Assembly: GCA_963664875.1 (NCBI GenBank)
Contig: OY761611.1
Location: 2,336,001-2,400,000 of the forward strand
Direction: 5' to 3'
Length of the DNA stretch: 64,000 nucleotides
Source: Candidatus Kapaibacterium sp.
GTDB lineage: Bacteria > Bacteroidota > Ignavibacteria > Kapaibacteriales > UBA2268
The notes below the pieces were generated by a model that had not been told where the DNA came from, searched no databases, and saw only the letters and a program-made list of their open reading frames with translations. Positions 10,296 to 22,855 of this stretch are shown here, in pieces. Position 1 is the stretch's first letter. The number at the start of each line of letters is the position of its first letter. The position numbers and the translations under genes are program-made.

Positions 10296-13200
10296 ATGTT
10301 AAATCAAATAATAGATTATTCTTTGAAAAACAGACTCCCGGTGTTTATAGCTGTTATACTAATAGTAATTGCCGGTAGTTTTGTTGCTTCAGATATGGAA
10401 GTCGATGTATTTCCTGACCTTAATGCTCCCACAGTTGTTGTCATGACCGAAGCACACGGAATGGCTCCTGAGGAAGTTGAGAAACTCGTAACATTCCCTA
10501 TTGAAACTGCTGTAAACGGAGCAACAGGTATTCGCCGTGTTCGCTCTTCTTCTGCTATGGGTTTTTCTATCGTATGGGTTGAGTTTGAATGGGATATTGA
10601 TGTTTATGATGCAAGACAAACAGTAAGTGAAAAGCTACTAGAAGTCTCAGCAGATTTGCCTGACGGCGTAGGCAATCCTACAATCGCACCTCAGTCTTCA
10701 CTGCTCGGAGAAGTAATGATATTTGCCATGACTGCAAAAGAGACTACACCTATGAATCTGAGGACTTATGCTGAATGGAGCGTCAGACCTCGACTCTTAT
10801 CTGTCGGTGGTGTTGCTCAGGTACATTCTATAGGTGGAGATGTAATGGAATACCAAATACTTGCAGATCCACATAAAATGAAATACTACAATGTAAGCCT
10901 TGCTGATTTAATAGCAGCAGGTTCAGGCTTAAACGAAAACTCCCCCGGCGGTTTTCTAAACGAACACGGGAATGAGTACATTATCAGAGGTATAGCACGC
11001 ACTAAAGATATTGAAGAAATGGGGAACAACGTTATAAAAGTTGTGAACGGTTACCCGGTCAAAATACAAGATGTAGCAAATTTAAAGAAAGGAGCAGCTC
11101 CAAAAATCGGAGACGGTTCATATAGAGGCGAAAAGGCTGTAATTCTTACAGTAACCAAACAGCCGGGTATAAACACATTGAAGCTGCATGACAAAATCAT
11201 AGAATCCTTAGAGGAAATAAAAAAAACTTTACCTGATGATGTTGAATTTCATACTGACATTTTCACTCAAGCAAGTTTTATCGAAACAGCTGTAAGAAAC
11301 GTAAAAACTGCTTTAATCGAGGGCTCGGTACTTGTAATTGTGATACTTTTCGTTTTTCTGATGAATTACAGGACTACTTTAATATCTCTTCTTGCTATAC
11401 CGATTTCATTATTGGTAGCAATACTAACTTTGAAATGGCTTGGTATCACTATCAATACTATGACTCTCGGAGGGATGGCAATTGCCATAGGCTCTCTGGT
11501 AGATGATGCAATCATTGACGTAGAAAATGTTTTCAAAAGACTTAAAGAAAACCATAGAAAACCTATAGAAGAAAGAGAAAACAGCCTAACTGTAATTTTC
11601 AATGCTTCGAAGGAAATCAGAGCTTCTATATTAAATGCAACCTTGATTATTATAGTTGCTTTTATTCCTTTATTCTTCCTTTCCGGCATGGAAGGAAAGA
11701 TGCTTAAGCCATTAGGCATTGCATATATCGTATCTTTATTTGCTTCATTATTGGTAGCAATAACTATAACGCCTGTTTTGTGTAGTGTGCTTCTAACAGG
11801 TAAAAACCTTGAAGAAAGTAGTAAAAGTAATAAAGGCTTGGCTGCATTTCTCGCCGGTAAATACAAAATTGCCCTGACACGAGTTATGGACAACAAAAAA
11901 ACAGTCATGATTATTACAACTGTTATATCTCTTGCTGCAGTTGGTTTGATATTTACATTTGGCAGATCCTTTTTACCACCATTTAACGAAGGCTCTTTGA
12001 CTATAAATGTTTCTACTATGCCGGGTGTTTCTTTGGAAGAGTCAGATAAGCTGGGACTACTTGCAGAAAAAGAACTATTGGCTATCCCGGAAATCAACTC
12101 GGTATCCAGAAGAACAGGTAGAGCTGAGCTTGCAGAGCACTCCTTCGGAGGAAACGTTTCAGAGTTAGACGCACCTTATACAATAAAGGATAGGAGTAGG
12201 TCTGATTTTCTTCACGAAGTCAGAGAAAAACTTAACGAAGTTCCCGGTGTTGTAGTCGAGGTTGGTCAGCCAATAACACATCGCATGGATCACATGCTCT
12301 CAGGCTCAAAGGCAAATATTGCTCTCAAGCTTTTTGGCACAGACCTGAGTACTATGTACACTCTTGCTACTGATATCAAAAACAAAATTGCCGGTGTAGA
12401 AGGCATTGGTGATCTAAATGTCGAGCAGCAAGTTGATATACCTCAGATTTATATCAAACCACGCAGAGAACTCCTCGCAAAATACGGCATAACCATTAAA
12501 CAATTCAATGAGTTTGTTGATTACGCTTTTGCAGGCGAAAAAGTATCAGACGTTTTCGAAGGAGAAAGAAGATTCGACTTAGTACTTAGATATGATGACG
12601 AACACAGAGAAAATATTGAGGCACTTAAAAATGCAATGATAGACTGCTCCGAAGGCAAAAAAGTTCCTTTATTTTATGTTGCTGATATCTTTGTTGCCTC
12701 CGGTCCAAATACCATTAGTCGCGAAAATGTAAAAAGGAAAATAGTTATCTCAGTCAACGTTGCAGATAGAGACGTTGGAAGTGTAGTGTCAGATATTAAA
12801 AACATAGTAGATAGTGACATCAAGTTCCCGGAGAACTACTACCTTGAATACTCAGGTCAGTTCGAAAGTGAGCAAAGGGCATCGCGAATATTGATGTTTG
12901 CCTCACTCGGAGCTATTTTAATAATATTTATGCTTCTCTATCAGGAATTCAAAAGCGGAAAGACGGCAGGAATTATTCTGCTGAATTTGCCATTAGCTTT
13001 GATTGGTGGAGTTGCAGCAATTTATTTCACAAATGCTGTCATTTCTATTCCTGCTATAATTGGATTTATCACTCTATTTGGAATAGCTACAAGGAATGGT
13101 ATTTTGCTTGTTTCGAGATACAATCACATGATAGAAGAAGGCAATTCGCTTTACGACAGTATAATCCACGGTTCAGCCGACAGACTCAATCCTATTCTTA

Positions 13201-13388
13201 TGACTGCTCTGACTGCAGCGCTTGCTCTTGTGCCTCTTGCTATAGGTGGCGATCTGCCGGGTAATGAGATACAGAGCCCAATGGCTGTTGTTATTCTTGG
13301 TGGCTTGTTAACCTCTACCCTATTAAATGTATTTATAATTCCTATAGTTTATTATATAATGAATAAGAAGGAGTTTGGTAATGTATAA
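10296..13388 (+). CDS. Heavy-metal RND permease (CzcA/CusA family)
   Basis: DVFPDL, VTFPIE, AIAIGSLVDDAII, RLNPILMT; 1030 aa. Confidence 0.93.
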   Translation: MLNQIIDYSLKNRLPVFIAVILIVIAGSFVASDMEVDVFPDLNAPTVVVMTEAHGMAPEEVEKLVTFPIETAVNGATGIRRVRSSSAMGFSIVWVEFEWDIDVYDARQTVSEKLLEVSADLPDGVGNPTIAPQSSLLGEVMIFAMTAKETTPMNLRTYAEWSVRPRLLSVGGVAQVHSIGGDVMEYQILADPHKMKYYNVSLADLIAAGSGLNENSPGGFLNEHGNEYIIRGIARTKDIEEMGNNVIKVVNGYPVKIQDVANLKKGAAPKIGDGSYRGEKAVILTVTKQPGINTLKLHDKIIESLEEIKKTLPDDVEFHTDIFTQASFIETAVRNVKTALIEGSVLVIVILFVFLMNYRTTLISLLAIPISLLVAILTLKWLGITINTMTLGGMAIAIGSLVDDAIIDVENVFKRLKENHRKPIEERENSLTVIFNASKEIRASILNATLIIIVAFIPLFFLSGMEGKMLKPLGIAYIVSLFASLLVAITITPVLCSVLLTGKNLEESSKSNKGLAAFLAGKYKIALTRVMDNKKTVMIITTVISLAAVGLIFTFGRSFLPPFNEGSLTINVSTMPGVSLEESDKLGLLAEKELLAIPEINSVSRRTGRAELAEHSFGGNVSELDAPYTIKDRSRSDFLHEVREKLNEVPGVVVEVGQPITHRMDHMLSGSKANIALKLFGTDLSTMYTLATDIKNKIAGVEGIGDLNVEQQVDIPQIYIKPRRELLAKYGITIKQFNEFVDYAFAGEKVSDVFEGERRFDLVLRYDDEHRENIEALKNAMIDCSEGKKVPLFYVADIFVASGPNTISRENVKRKIVISVNVADRDVGSVVSDIKNIVDSDIKFPENYYLEYSGQFESEQRASRILMFASLGAILIIFMLLYQEFKSGKTAGIILLNLPLALIGGVAAIYFTNAVISIPAIIGFITLFGIATRNGILLVSRYNHMIEEGNSLYDSIIHGSADRLNPILMTALTAALALVPLAIGGDLPGNEIQSPMAVVILGGLLTSTLLNVFIIPIVYYIMNKKEFGNV

Positions 13389-14556
13389 ATTATGGATAGT
13401 AATCTTCTTCTCACTTTCGCTTATACCTTCTTATTCTATAGATATAGAAACGGCATTGAGAGATATAGAAACCAATAATAAAGAATTGAAAGCTGCCAGA
13501 CAACAAGCAGAGTCAAAAAAGTCTGCTGCCGGACAGAATTTACTTCTATCAGATCCTTCTGTTGAAGCAGGCTTTATGAATAGCACAGGTGATGAAGCAG
13601 TAAGCAAAAAAGACTTTAGCATTAAGCAGTCTTTTGAATTTCCCACCGTTTATTTCAAAAAGTCTAGTTTAGCTAACTTGCAAGAACAACTGGCTGAAGC
13701 CGAATATAAAGTGATCCGTAGGGAAATCCTTTTAGAAGCCAAGTTGATTTTGATGGATTACATTGTAAATATCAAAAAGTCTGAAGTTTTGAAGATTCGC
13801 TTTGAAAACTCAGGAAACATCTATCAATCATTCAAAAAAAGATTGGAATCAGGGGATATTGGAATTATTGATTATAATAAATCAAAAATGGAACTCCTGA
13901 CTGCTAAAACTCTTTTGCAAAAGACTACTATTGAACTTGATAATGCAACTGAGTCATTAAAAAGACTCAATGGTGGTATCAATTTACCTGCACTGGAGAT
14001 TGATAATTATAAAGCTGAACCTCTACCACAAACGGAATTGCTCAAAGATGATATGCTAAAGAAAGACCCGGATTTGCTGTTTTCACTTATGGAAATTGAT
14101 GCAGAAGAAAAAAATCTAAGTCTAAAAAAATGGTCAGCACTTCCAAAATTTGACATTGCATATAAATATGCCGATGAAGGTATAGAAAGTTTCTCGGGTA
14201 TCTCTTTGGGGATGAGTCTCCCGATCTTCGAAAGCAATAATACTATTAAAACAGCACGTGCCGAACTTGAATATAAAAAAGAACTTAGAGAAAGTATAAT
14301 CAATCGTAAGATACACGAAACGCAAGCAAAAATTGCACAACTTGAAACTATTGAGCTCAATCTAAAAGAATACAACGAACTTTTTGACAATGTTAAAACT
14401 TTAGAATTATTGGAAAAAGCTTTCAACCTTGGTGAGCTTTCAGCGGTGGAGTATTTCTATGAGATAAACTATTTCTATGAAATATACGACACGTACCTCG
14501 AACTTGAAGCAGAGAGCTTGAAGCTAAATACCGAAATTTTAAGCTTTCAATTATAA
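13381..14556 (+). CDS. TolC/CzcC-family outer-membrane efflux protein
   Basis: Signal peptide from ATG 13381 overlapping the permease stop; helical OEP pattern; operon context. Confidence 0.8.
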   Translation: MYKLWIVIFFSLSLIPSYSIDIETALRDIETNNKELKAARQQAESKKSAAGQNLLLSDPSVEAGFMNSTGDEAVSKKDFSIKQSFEFPTVYFKKSSLANLQEQLAEAEYKVIRREILLEAKLILMDYIVNIKKSEVLKIRFENSGNIYQSFKKRLESGDIGIIDYNKSKMELLTAKTLLQKTTIELDNATESLKRLNGGINLPALEIDNYKAEPLPQTELLKDDMLKKDPDLLFSLMEIDAEEKNLSLKKWSALPKFDIAYKYADEGIESFSGISLGMSLPIFESNNTIKTARAELEYKKELRESIINRKIHETQAKIAQLETIELNLKEYNELFDNVKTLELLEKAFNLGELSAVEYFYEINYFYEIYDTYLELEAESLKLNTEILSFQL

Positions 14557-14690
14557 AATATACATAATTTGGGATTGGAAAAGCAATACACGTTGTTAAC
14601 TTTTATATTGATGGGCCTGTTTCGTAAATGTTTATGGCTGTATCGTAAGTCAAAATTAGACTATTTTCTATATAAAACCTGTGATAATAA

Positions 14691-14754
14691 CCGCAAGCTA
14701 AGGCATGCGGTTTCACTTATGTAACTCTTTGCAACCGCATGCTTTAGCTTGCGG
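14691..14754. repeat. REP doublet (REPIN-like inverted pair)
   Basis: ccgcaagctaaggcatgcggtt (14691-14712) and aaccgcatgctttagcttgcgg (14733-14754) are reverse complements with 1 mismatch; each arm is itself an imperfect hairpin. Confidence 0.7.
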
Positions 14755-14908
14755 CAGAAGAAAATATAACGTTTGTTTTCCTCTACTTTTACTAAAGAGC
14801 ATGACAAAACTCAGACATATGAGACAAGCTCTTCAATGATTCAATATGTAAGTTACTACCAGTATTTTTTGAGTTCTAATGACAAAATATCTTATTAGAG
14901 ATTCCAAT

Positions 14909-14949
14909 AAAAAACCCGATTATCTTCAATCAAAAGATAGTCGGGTTTT
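14909..14949 (-). terminator. Terminator of atpDC
   Basis: aaaacccgattatctt/aagatagtcgggtttt stem. Confidence 0.75.
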
Positions 14950-14974
14950 ATAATATAGACGGAATTGAATAATC

Positions 14975-15391
14975 CTATTTCATTCTACCTGCTGCATCAA
15001 TGCACATAGAAGCAAATTTAGCATCTTTTTTGGCGTTGTTGCGTTCAGTTTCTCCTAATGCCTTGTTGCCAATGATATCCAAGCACTTATCGATATCTGC
15101 ACGGCATTTTGATGTTTCAATTTCGGTGCCAAGCAGAGCATTTTCTACAAGTATTGAGACTTTATTTTTACTTATCTCTGTAAATCCGGTAGAGCATGCA
15201 AACCACAAATTTTTACCACTGTCATCAAGTATTTTGATAAGTCCTACATCCAAAGAAGAAACTATCGGAGCGTGATTATACAATACCTGAAACGGAGATT
15301 TTGAACCCGGAAGCGATACAGATTCGGCTTTACCGCTGTATATTTTTGCTTGCGGAGTAACAATTTCTATTTCTAATAATTTTTCAGCCAT
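14975..15391 (-). CDS. atpC: ATP synthase F1 epsilon subunit
   Basis: EIVTP, V.LPG, NHAPIVSSL; downstream of atpD. Confidence 0.93.
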   Translation of the reverse strand: MAEKLLEIEIVTPQAKIYSGKAESVSLPGSKSPFQVLYNHAPIVSSLDVGLIKILDDSGKNLWFACSTGFTEISKNKVSILVENALLGTEIETSKCRADIDKCLDIIGNKALGETERNNAKKDAKFASMCIDAAGRMK

Positions 15392-15403
15392 TAGAGCAAT
15401 CTC

Positions 15404-16846
<1,443 letters not shown>

Positions 16847-17208
16847 CTAACTTTCAAATTATTCAATTTGCCTTTTTGATTTCTACGTTATCATAATTTG
16901 GCTAATTTTAGATAAAATAAGCAAAATAAGTAAGATAGACAAAACATTTAGTCAAAACAAAACATAGAACTCAAATTTAATAAGCTCTTACAGTGTTTAG
17001 TTTTCAAATTTGCTTATTAATTTAATAGCTGACTATCAAATTCATTTTATAAAAGGCAATTCCTAAGATAGTATAAAACGTATATGATTTATAATATTTT
17101 ACTTTTTTGACTTTATTCTTTACTACTCTGTAGTGCAGCCAACTTTAAACATTGAACTTTTAAGTTTTTAGATAAAATAACCTGATGCCATTGAGTACAA
17201 TATAAAGG

Positions 17209-18303
17209 CTATATTTTTTTTATTCTTTTTTCTAGTTCGTAAATGCTATACAGCACATCATTTGGCTGGATTGATGAAAGTGAGCCACTTTCTGTGGTTA
17301 GTGTAATGTGTTCGGAGTTATATGGAGTCCATGGCTTTCCGGCAAACTCTCTGCCGGATATTTCATACATACATATTGCAGGTATGTTGCGTGCAGCTGC
17401 TATATGAACTGCTGCAGTATCAGGAGTAAGAATCATATCAGCTGTGCTAATCATACATATCCATTCATGTATTGAAGACGCTGCCGGAGCTATCCTTGCG
17501 TATGTCCGTGCTGATATTGTTTCCAAATCTCTATAATATTCTGAAGTGCCAAAACAGACAACATCAAAATCAGGACGGGAAGCAGCCAATCTTTCAATAA
17601 GATAAATATGATTGCTCTGTCCCCAATATTTATTTGGAGTAGAGCCGGCTAAGTTAATACATAGTCTAAATTTTTCTTTTTTGCCAAGTCTTCCCTCTGC
17701 AAATGCGATATCTTCCTCCGACAAAGGATATGAGAGTTTCAAATCAGAACGCAATGGATTGATATTGAATGGCAGAAGAAGGTTAGCCAATCTGTCAGTG
17801 ATGTGATATTCCTGCTTATCAAGCAAAGGCACAAGGTGCGAATAAACATGTGCATTACTTTTCTCAATACCAAGCGAAAAAGTAGATCCGGATAGTTTGA
17901 CTATCAAAGAAGAAGTCGCGGATGCATTATCATACATATCAATTATTAAGTCATACTTATTATGACGTAATTTCCGTATGAGACTGAAATTTTCTTTGAA
18001 ATTTCTACCATAAACATAGAAATTATCAGCAAATCTTTCGAAAGCCCGTTTTGCACCCTGATTGCGGTGGCTTAACAAAATATCAATCTTTGCCTCAGGT
18101 AGTGCTTCTTTAATTTTTTCTACTATAGGTACTGATACAAGCACATCCCCTATTCTGTCTTGCCTTAGAAGCAGAACCTTTTTAATATTTTTGCCTGTAA
18201 ATACCGCAGTAGGTTCGCTAACTTCCTGCTGAAATGAATGGTAAGAAAGCGCTGAAGTAATCCTGCTACGCAGATAAAGTTCTATTTTTTTGAGTAATGC
18301 CAT
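17209..18303 (-). CDS. Glycosyltransferase family 9 (heptosyltransferase-like)
   Basis: DRIGDVL, YDLIID, TPDTAAVHIAAA. Start set to ATG 18303. Confidence 0.88.
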   Translation of the reverse strand: MALLKKIELYLRSRITSALSYHSFQQEVSEPTAVFTGKNIKKVLLLRQDRIGDVLVSVPIVEKIKEALPEAKIDILLSHRNQGAKRAFERFADNFYVYGRNFKENFSLIRKLRHNKYDLIIDMYDNASATSSLIVKLSGSTFSLGIEKSNAHVYSHLVPLLDKQEYHITDRLANLLLPFNINPLRSDLKLSYPLSEEDIAFAEGRLGKKEKFRLCINLAGSTPNKYWGQSNHIYLIERLAASRPDFDVVCFGTSEYYRDLETISARTYARIAPAASSIHEWICMISTADMILTPDTAAVHIAAARNIPAICMYEISGREFAGKPWTPYNSEHITLTTESGSLSSIQPNDVLYSIYELEKRIKKI

Positions 18304-18612
18304 AGACACAAAAATAAGAAATTGCAATCTCAAATCTTAGTACAAATTAGGCTTTGCTAAAGATTAGTTGTGGCTTAACACAATAGAAGAAATTGAAATC
18401 TTGTCAATATTTCGTATCAAATGATTGTACAAAATTAAAGATTTTCATCCTATATATAATATAATTATATTCAATTTACGATTGTATGGTATATTTGTAA
18501 CTAATATCATACTTAAGTGTTTTACAAATATAATTTCAAATTACGAATTACAAATTTTGGTGAGAGCCTGAAAGGCTCAAAGTAATAGTGTATTGTAGCA
18601 AAGTATAAAAAT

Positions 18613-18822
18613 TTCCCCTCTTGAGGGGTGCGTGAGCGAAGCGAGGGCGGGGTGGAAACAAACGAAGCACAAAGCCAAACAACATAAAAAATATAAATTA
18701 AATAGATAATCTTAGCGATAATATTTTCGGGGTAGTGATAAGATAAGGTTCTTATCCACCCCGTCTCACCTTCGGTGAGCCACCCTACTTCGGCAGGCTC
18801 AGCACATCGCTCAAGAGGGGAA
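18613..18822. repeat. ~210-bp REPIN/MITE-like element, copy 1
   Basis: Terminal IR ttcccctcttga/tcaagaggggaa, inner IR cggggtgga/tccaccccg, AT-rich ~100-bp interior. Confidence 0.85.
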
Positions 18823-18872
18823 TAATTAGGATTTTGAGTGAAAAACAAAATACACATATGGAAATTTACAAC

Positions 18873-20735
18873 ATGAAACAACTTATACTATTACTTTTAA
18901 TCGTGCCTGCGCTGCTTAGTGCCGAACTCTATGAAGGATCTGACTCATTAAAGCCAAAAAAGGAATATACATATAAAGCAAAAGGTGGTTTAGATATAGA
19001 CCCTAATCTGCTTAATGACGAAGTTCCTGATGACCCTCGTATTCGTTTTGCTACTTATTTTGGTGGAAGTGCAGCTGATGCAGTGCAAGATTTCAAGATT
19101 GATTCTAAGGGATATTTGTATGCTATTGGTAATACCTTTAGTAATGACTTTCCAATGGTTGGAAATTCCTTTGATTCTGAAAAAACTGAAGAAGATTATA
19201 TTGATGCTTTTATTGTCAAATTTGACACATTAGGCTTTCCTGTTTGGAGTACATACTTTGGTGGAACAGGAGAAGACAGAGGTACTAGATTAGAAATTGA
19301 TTCAGATGATAACATAATTATTGCAGGAGCTACTAATTCCCCAAATTTCCCATTAAAATGTGAATTTGATCAAGACAGTATAAAAGGCGAGGCAGATATG
19401 TATGTTGCTAAGTTTGATCAGAATGGCAATTTACTATGGTCAAGGTTGTTTGGCGGAACATATTTAGATCAGGCTTTTGGACTTGCCGTAGATGATGATG
19501 ATAATGTTTATTTGGCAGGTAACACTATGAGTACTGACATTGTAAGAAGTGATTGGACTTACCAACCTGAGTTTAGCCTGTTTTTAGATAAATGGCGAGA
19601 ATATTCAGATGGCGTATTTGCCAAATTTAGTCCTGAAGGTAAACATATATGGTCGAGCTACTTGGGTGCACAACGTGTCGAACATTTAGAAGACATTGAT
19701 GTTTATGGGGATGAGATAGCTATAGTTGGACGTTTAAATGCTCCCATTACAAAGACACATGAAAATATGTATCTCATAGGTACTGAAGATGCTATTCAGA
19801 AACTACCATGTGATACTATGCTGTACGAACATTACACACTTTTCGATCCATTTATTGCCAAATTTACAACTGACAGCTGTAAACTTAAATATTTTACTTA
19901 CTACTGTTCTCAAACTATAAAAAAAGAATTATCCGATAATAGATATTATTTCTCTGATTATGATTCCAAAGGAAATTATATTTTAATTATTGACACAGAA
20001 AATAATTCCATGGAGGTAAAAGGTTCTCCATTTCAAGATTATAGTCCTAATACTAACTACCCCGGCATGATGATGTTATCTCTTAGTCCCCAAAATACTG
20101 TCAATTGGGATTGGGATATCACAGCTGGTGAAAATTTCTCAGATAATGCATACACTATAGATAATCAAATATTATGGGGTGAAGTAACTACAGATAAAAA
20201 TTTGTTTCCCGAAGACAGTAATCATATTGCAAACAGAGACAATGGTTCTACCCGTACTTCTTTGTTAATGAGATTTGATTTAGAAAACTATTCTCAATGG
20301 TATTCTTACCATCCTCACTTCGATGCGGAAAATAGAATTGTTTGTAAAAATAATGATTTATACATGGTGTCCAAATCTCATCCATCACACTTACTCAAAA
20401 ATGCTTATTCTGAAGAATTCCATGAGTATGGCTTATATCTAATCAATTTTGATATGAGAGAGGATTTCGGATACTCTGCTATAGATACAGGAAGAAATGA
20501 TTTATCAAACATATATGTTTATCCATCAATAGCAACTCAATCTATAACTATATCTTCTGAAGATTCCATTAGACAACTACAAATCTATGATTTACTCGGC
20601 AAGCAATTATATTATAAAGAAATACAAATACCATTCCCATTAAACGAGTTAGAAATTAACATAGAGAACTATGCAGACGGGATGTATTTCATTCTTGTAA
20701 ACAATAATTACAGTCTTAAATTTATTAAGGAGTAA
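18873..20735 (+). CDS. SBBP (beta-propeller) repeat protein with T9SS CTD, paralog 1
   Basis: Signal peptide MKQLILLLL; repeats WSTYFGG..D, VYLAGNT.S.D, DAFIVKF; C-terminal IYDLLGK..GMYFI..KFIKE. Confidence 0.85.
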   Translation: MKQLILLLLIVPALLSAELYEGSDSLKPKKEYTYKAKGGLDIDPNLLNDEVPDDPRIRFATYFGGSAADAVQDFKIDSKGYLYAIGNTFSNDFPMVGNSFDSEKTEEDYIDAFIVKFDTLGFPVWSTYFGGTGEDRGTRLEIDSDDNIIIAGATNSPNFPLKCEFDQDSIKGEADMYVAKFDQNGNLLWSRLFGGTYLDQAFGLAVDDDDNVYLAGNTMSTDIVRSDWTYQPEFSLFLDKWREYSDGVFAKFSPEGKHIWSSYLGAQRVEHLEDIDVYGDEIAIVGRLNAPITKTHENMYLIGTEDAIQKLPCDTMLYEHYTLFDPFIAKFTTDSCKLKYFTYYCSQTIKKELSDNRYYFSDYDSKGNYILIIDTENNSMEVKGSPFQDYSPNTNYPGMMMLSLSPQNTVNWDWDITAGENFSDNAYTIDNQILWGEVTTDKNLFPEDSNHIANRDNGSTRTSLLMRFDLENYSQWYSYHPHFDAENRIVCKNNDLYMVSKSHPSHLLKNAYSEEFHEYGLYLINFDMREDFGYSAIDTGRNDLSNIYVYPSIATQSITISSEDSIRQLQIYDLLGKQLYYKEIQIPFPLNELEINIENYADGMYFILVNNNYSLKFIKE

Positions 20736-20738
20736 AAT

Positions 20739-20948
20739 TTCCCCTCTTGAGGGGTGCGTGAGCGAAGCGAGGGCGGGGTGGAAACAAACGAAGCACAAAG
20801 CCAAACAACATAAAAAATATAAATTAAATAGATAATCTTAGCGATAATATTTTCGGGGTAGTGATAAGATAAGGTTCTTATCCACCCCGTCTCACCTTCG
20901 GTGAGCCACCCTACTTCGGCAGGCTCAGCACATCGCTCAAGAGGGGAA
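20739..20948. repeat. ~210-bp REPIN/MITE-like element, copy 2
   Basis: Appears identical to 18613-18822 at an offset of 2126 bp. Confidence 0.85.
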
Positions 20949-20998
20949 TAATTAGGATTTTGAGTGAAAAACAAAATACACATATGGAAATTTACAAC

Positions 20999-22855
20999 AT
21001 GAAACAACTTATACTATTACTTTTAATCGTGCCTGCGCTGCTTAGTGCCGAACTCTATGAAGGATCTGACTCATTAAAGCCAAAAAAGGAATATACATAT
21101 AAAGCAAAAGGTGGTTTAGATATAGACCCTAATCTGCTTAATGACGAAGTTCCTGATGACCCTCGTATTCGTTTTGCTACTTATTTTGGTGGAAGTGCGG
21201 CTGATGCAGTGCAGGATTTCAAGATTGATTCTAAGGGTTATTTGTATGCTATTGGTAATACCTTTAGTAATGACTTTCCAATGGTTGGAAATTCCTTTGA
21301 CTCTGAAAAAACTGAAGAAGATTATATTGATGCTTTTATTGTCAAATTTGACACATTAGGTTTTCCTGTTTGGAGTACATACTTTGGTGGAAGAGGAGAA
21401 GACAGAGGTACTAGATTAGAAATAGATTCAGAAGATAACATAATTATTTCAGGAGCTACTAATTCCCCAAATTTCCCATTAAAAGGGGAATTTGACCAAG
21501 ACAGTATAAAAGGCGAAGCAGATATGTATGTCGCTAAGTTTGATCAGGACGGCAATCTTCTATGGTCAAGGTTATTTGGCGGAACATATTTAGATCAGGC
21601 TTTTGGTCTTGCCATAGATGCTGATGATAATATATATCTTGCCGGTAATACTATGAGTACTGATATAGTCAGAAGTGACTGGACTTATCAGCCTGAGTTC
21701 AGCTTGTTTATTGGTAAATGGCGAGACTTCTCTGATGGAGTATTTGCCAAATTTAGTCCGGAAGGTAAACATATATGGTCGAGCTACTTGGGTGCGCAAC
21801 GTGTCGAACATTTAGAAGACATTGATGTTTATGGGGATGAGATAGCTATAGTTGGACGTTTAAGTGCTCCTATTACAAAGACTCATGAAAATATGTATAT
21901 AATAGGAACTGAAGATGCTATTCAAAAATTCCCATGTGATACTATGCTGTACGAACATTACACACTTTACGATCCATTTATTGCCAAATTTACAACTGAC
22001 AACTGTAAACTTAAGTATTTTACTTACTACTGTTCGGAAGCCAGGCGTGCAAATTTAAGTGATAATTATTATTTTTTCTCAGATTATGATGCAGACGGAA
22101 ATTTTATTTTAATTATTGACACTGACGACAATTCTATGCAAGTCAAAGGTTCTCCGTTTCATAATTATAATGAAATTGGAGGGCATTTTGGCAGGATGAT
22201 TCTGTCTTTAAATTTAGAAAATAAAGTTAATTGGGATTATGATATGATGGGAGGCTTAGGCTTTTTTGATAATTCATATGTTCTGGATAATAAAGTTTTG
22301 TGGGGAGAAGTCAATGCTGAAAAAAACATATTTCCTGAAGATAGCAATCATATCATTAATCGAGATCACGGAACTACTCGAACATCATTATTGATGCGAT
22401 ATGATTTAGAAAATTATAAACAATGGTACTCTTACCACCCTCACTTAATCGCAGACCCAAATCTTCTAGTTAAAAACAATGATGTTTATATTGTTTCTAA
22501 AGCACATTCAGCACACTTACTAAAAAATGCTTATTCTGAAGAATTCCATGAGTATGGTTTATATCTAATTAATTTTGATTTGAGAGAGAACTTTGGGTAT
22601 TCGGCAATAGATACAGGAAGAAATGATTTATCAAACATATCTGTCTATCCATCAATTGCATCTCAATCCATAACTATATCTTCTGAAGATTCCATTAGAC
22701 AACTACAAATCTATGATTTACTCGGTAAACAATTATATTCAAAAGAAATACAAATTCCCTTAAACGAGTTAGAAATTAACATAGAGAACTATGCAGACGG
22801 GATGTATTTCATTCTTGTAAACAATAATTACAGTCTTAAATTTATTAAGGAGTAA
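20999..22855 (+). CDS. SBBP repeat protein with T9SS CTD, paralog 2 (tandem duplicate)
   Basis: Near-identical N- and C-termini to paralog 1, with a diverged middle. Confidence 0.85.
   Translation: MKQLILLLLIVPALLSAELYEGSDSLKPKKEYTYKAKGGLDIDPNLLNDEVPDDPRIRFATYFGGSAADAVQDFKIDSKGYLYAIGNTFSNDFPMVGNSFDSEKTEEDYIDAFIVKFDTLGFPVWSTYFGGRGEDRGTRLEIDSEDNIIISGATNSPNFPLKGEFDQDSIKGEADMYVAKFDQDGNLLWSRLFGGTYLDQAFGLAIDADDNIYLAGNTMSTDIVRSDWTYQPEFSLFIGKWRDFSDGVFAKFSPEGKHIWSSYLGAQRVEHLEDIDVYGDEIAIVGRLSAPITKTHENMYIIGTEDAIQKFPCDTMLYEHYTLYDPFIAKFTTDNCKLKYFTYYCSEARRANLSDNYYFFSDYDADGNFILIIDTDDNSMQVKGSPFHNYNEIGGHFGRMILSLNLENKVNWDYDMMGGLGFFDNSYVLDNKVLWGEVNAEKNIFPEDSNHIINRDHGTTRTSLLMRYDLENYKQWYSYHPHLIADPNLLVKNNDVYIVSKAHSAHLLKNAYSEEFHEYGLYLINFDLRENFGYSAIDTGRNDLSNISVYPSIASQSITISSEDSIRQLQIYDLLGKQLYSKEIQIPLNELEINIENYADGMYFILVNNNYSLKFIKE

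Noticed and set aside
11366-12097. Long antisense ORFs (also 39531-40157 and 24518-24994)
   Set aside because: They lie opposite well-conserved genes and have no recognisable motifs.
18752-18760. DnaA-box-like TTATCCACC (also ~20878)
   Set aside because: Isolated, and part of the IR element arm.
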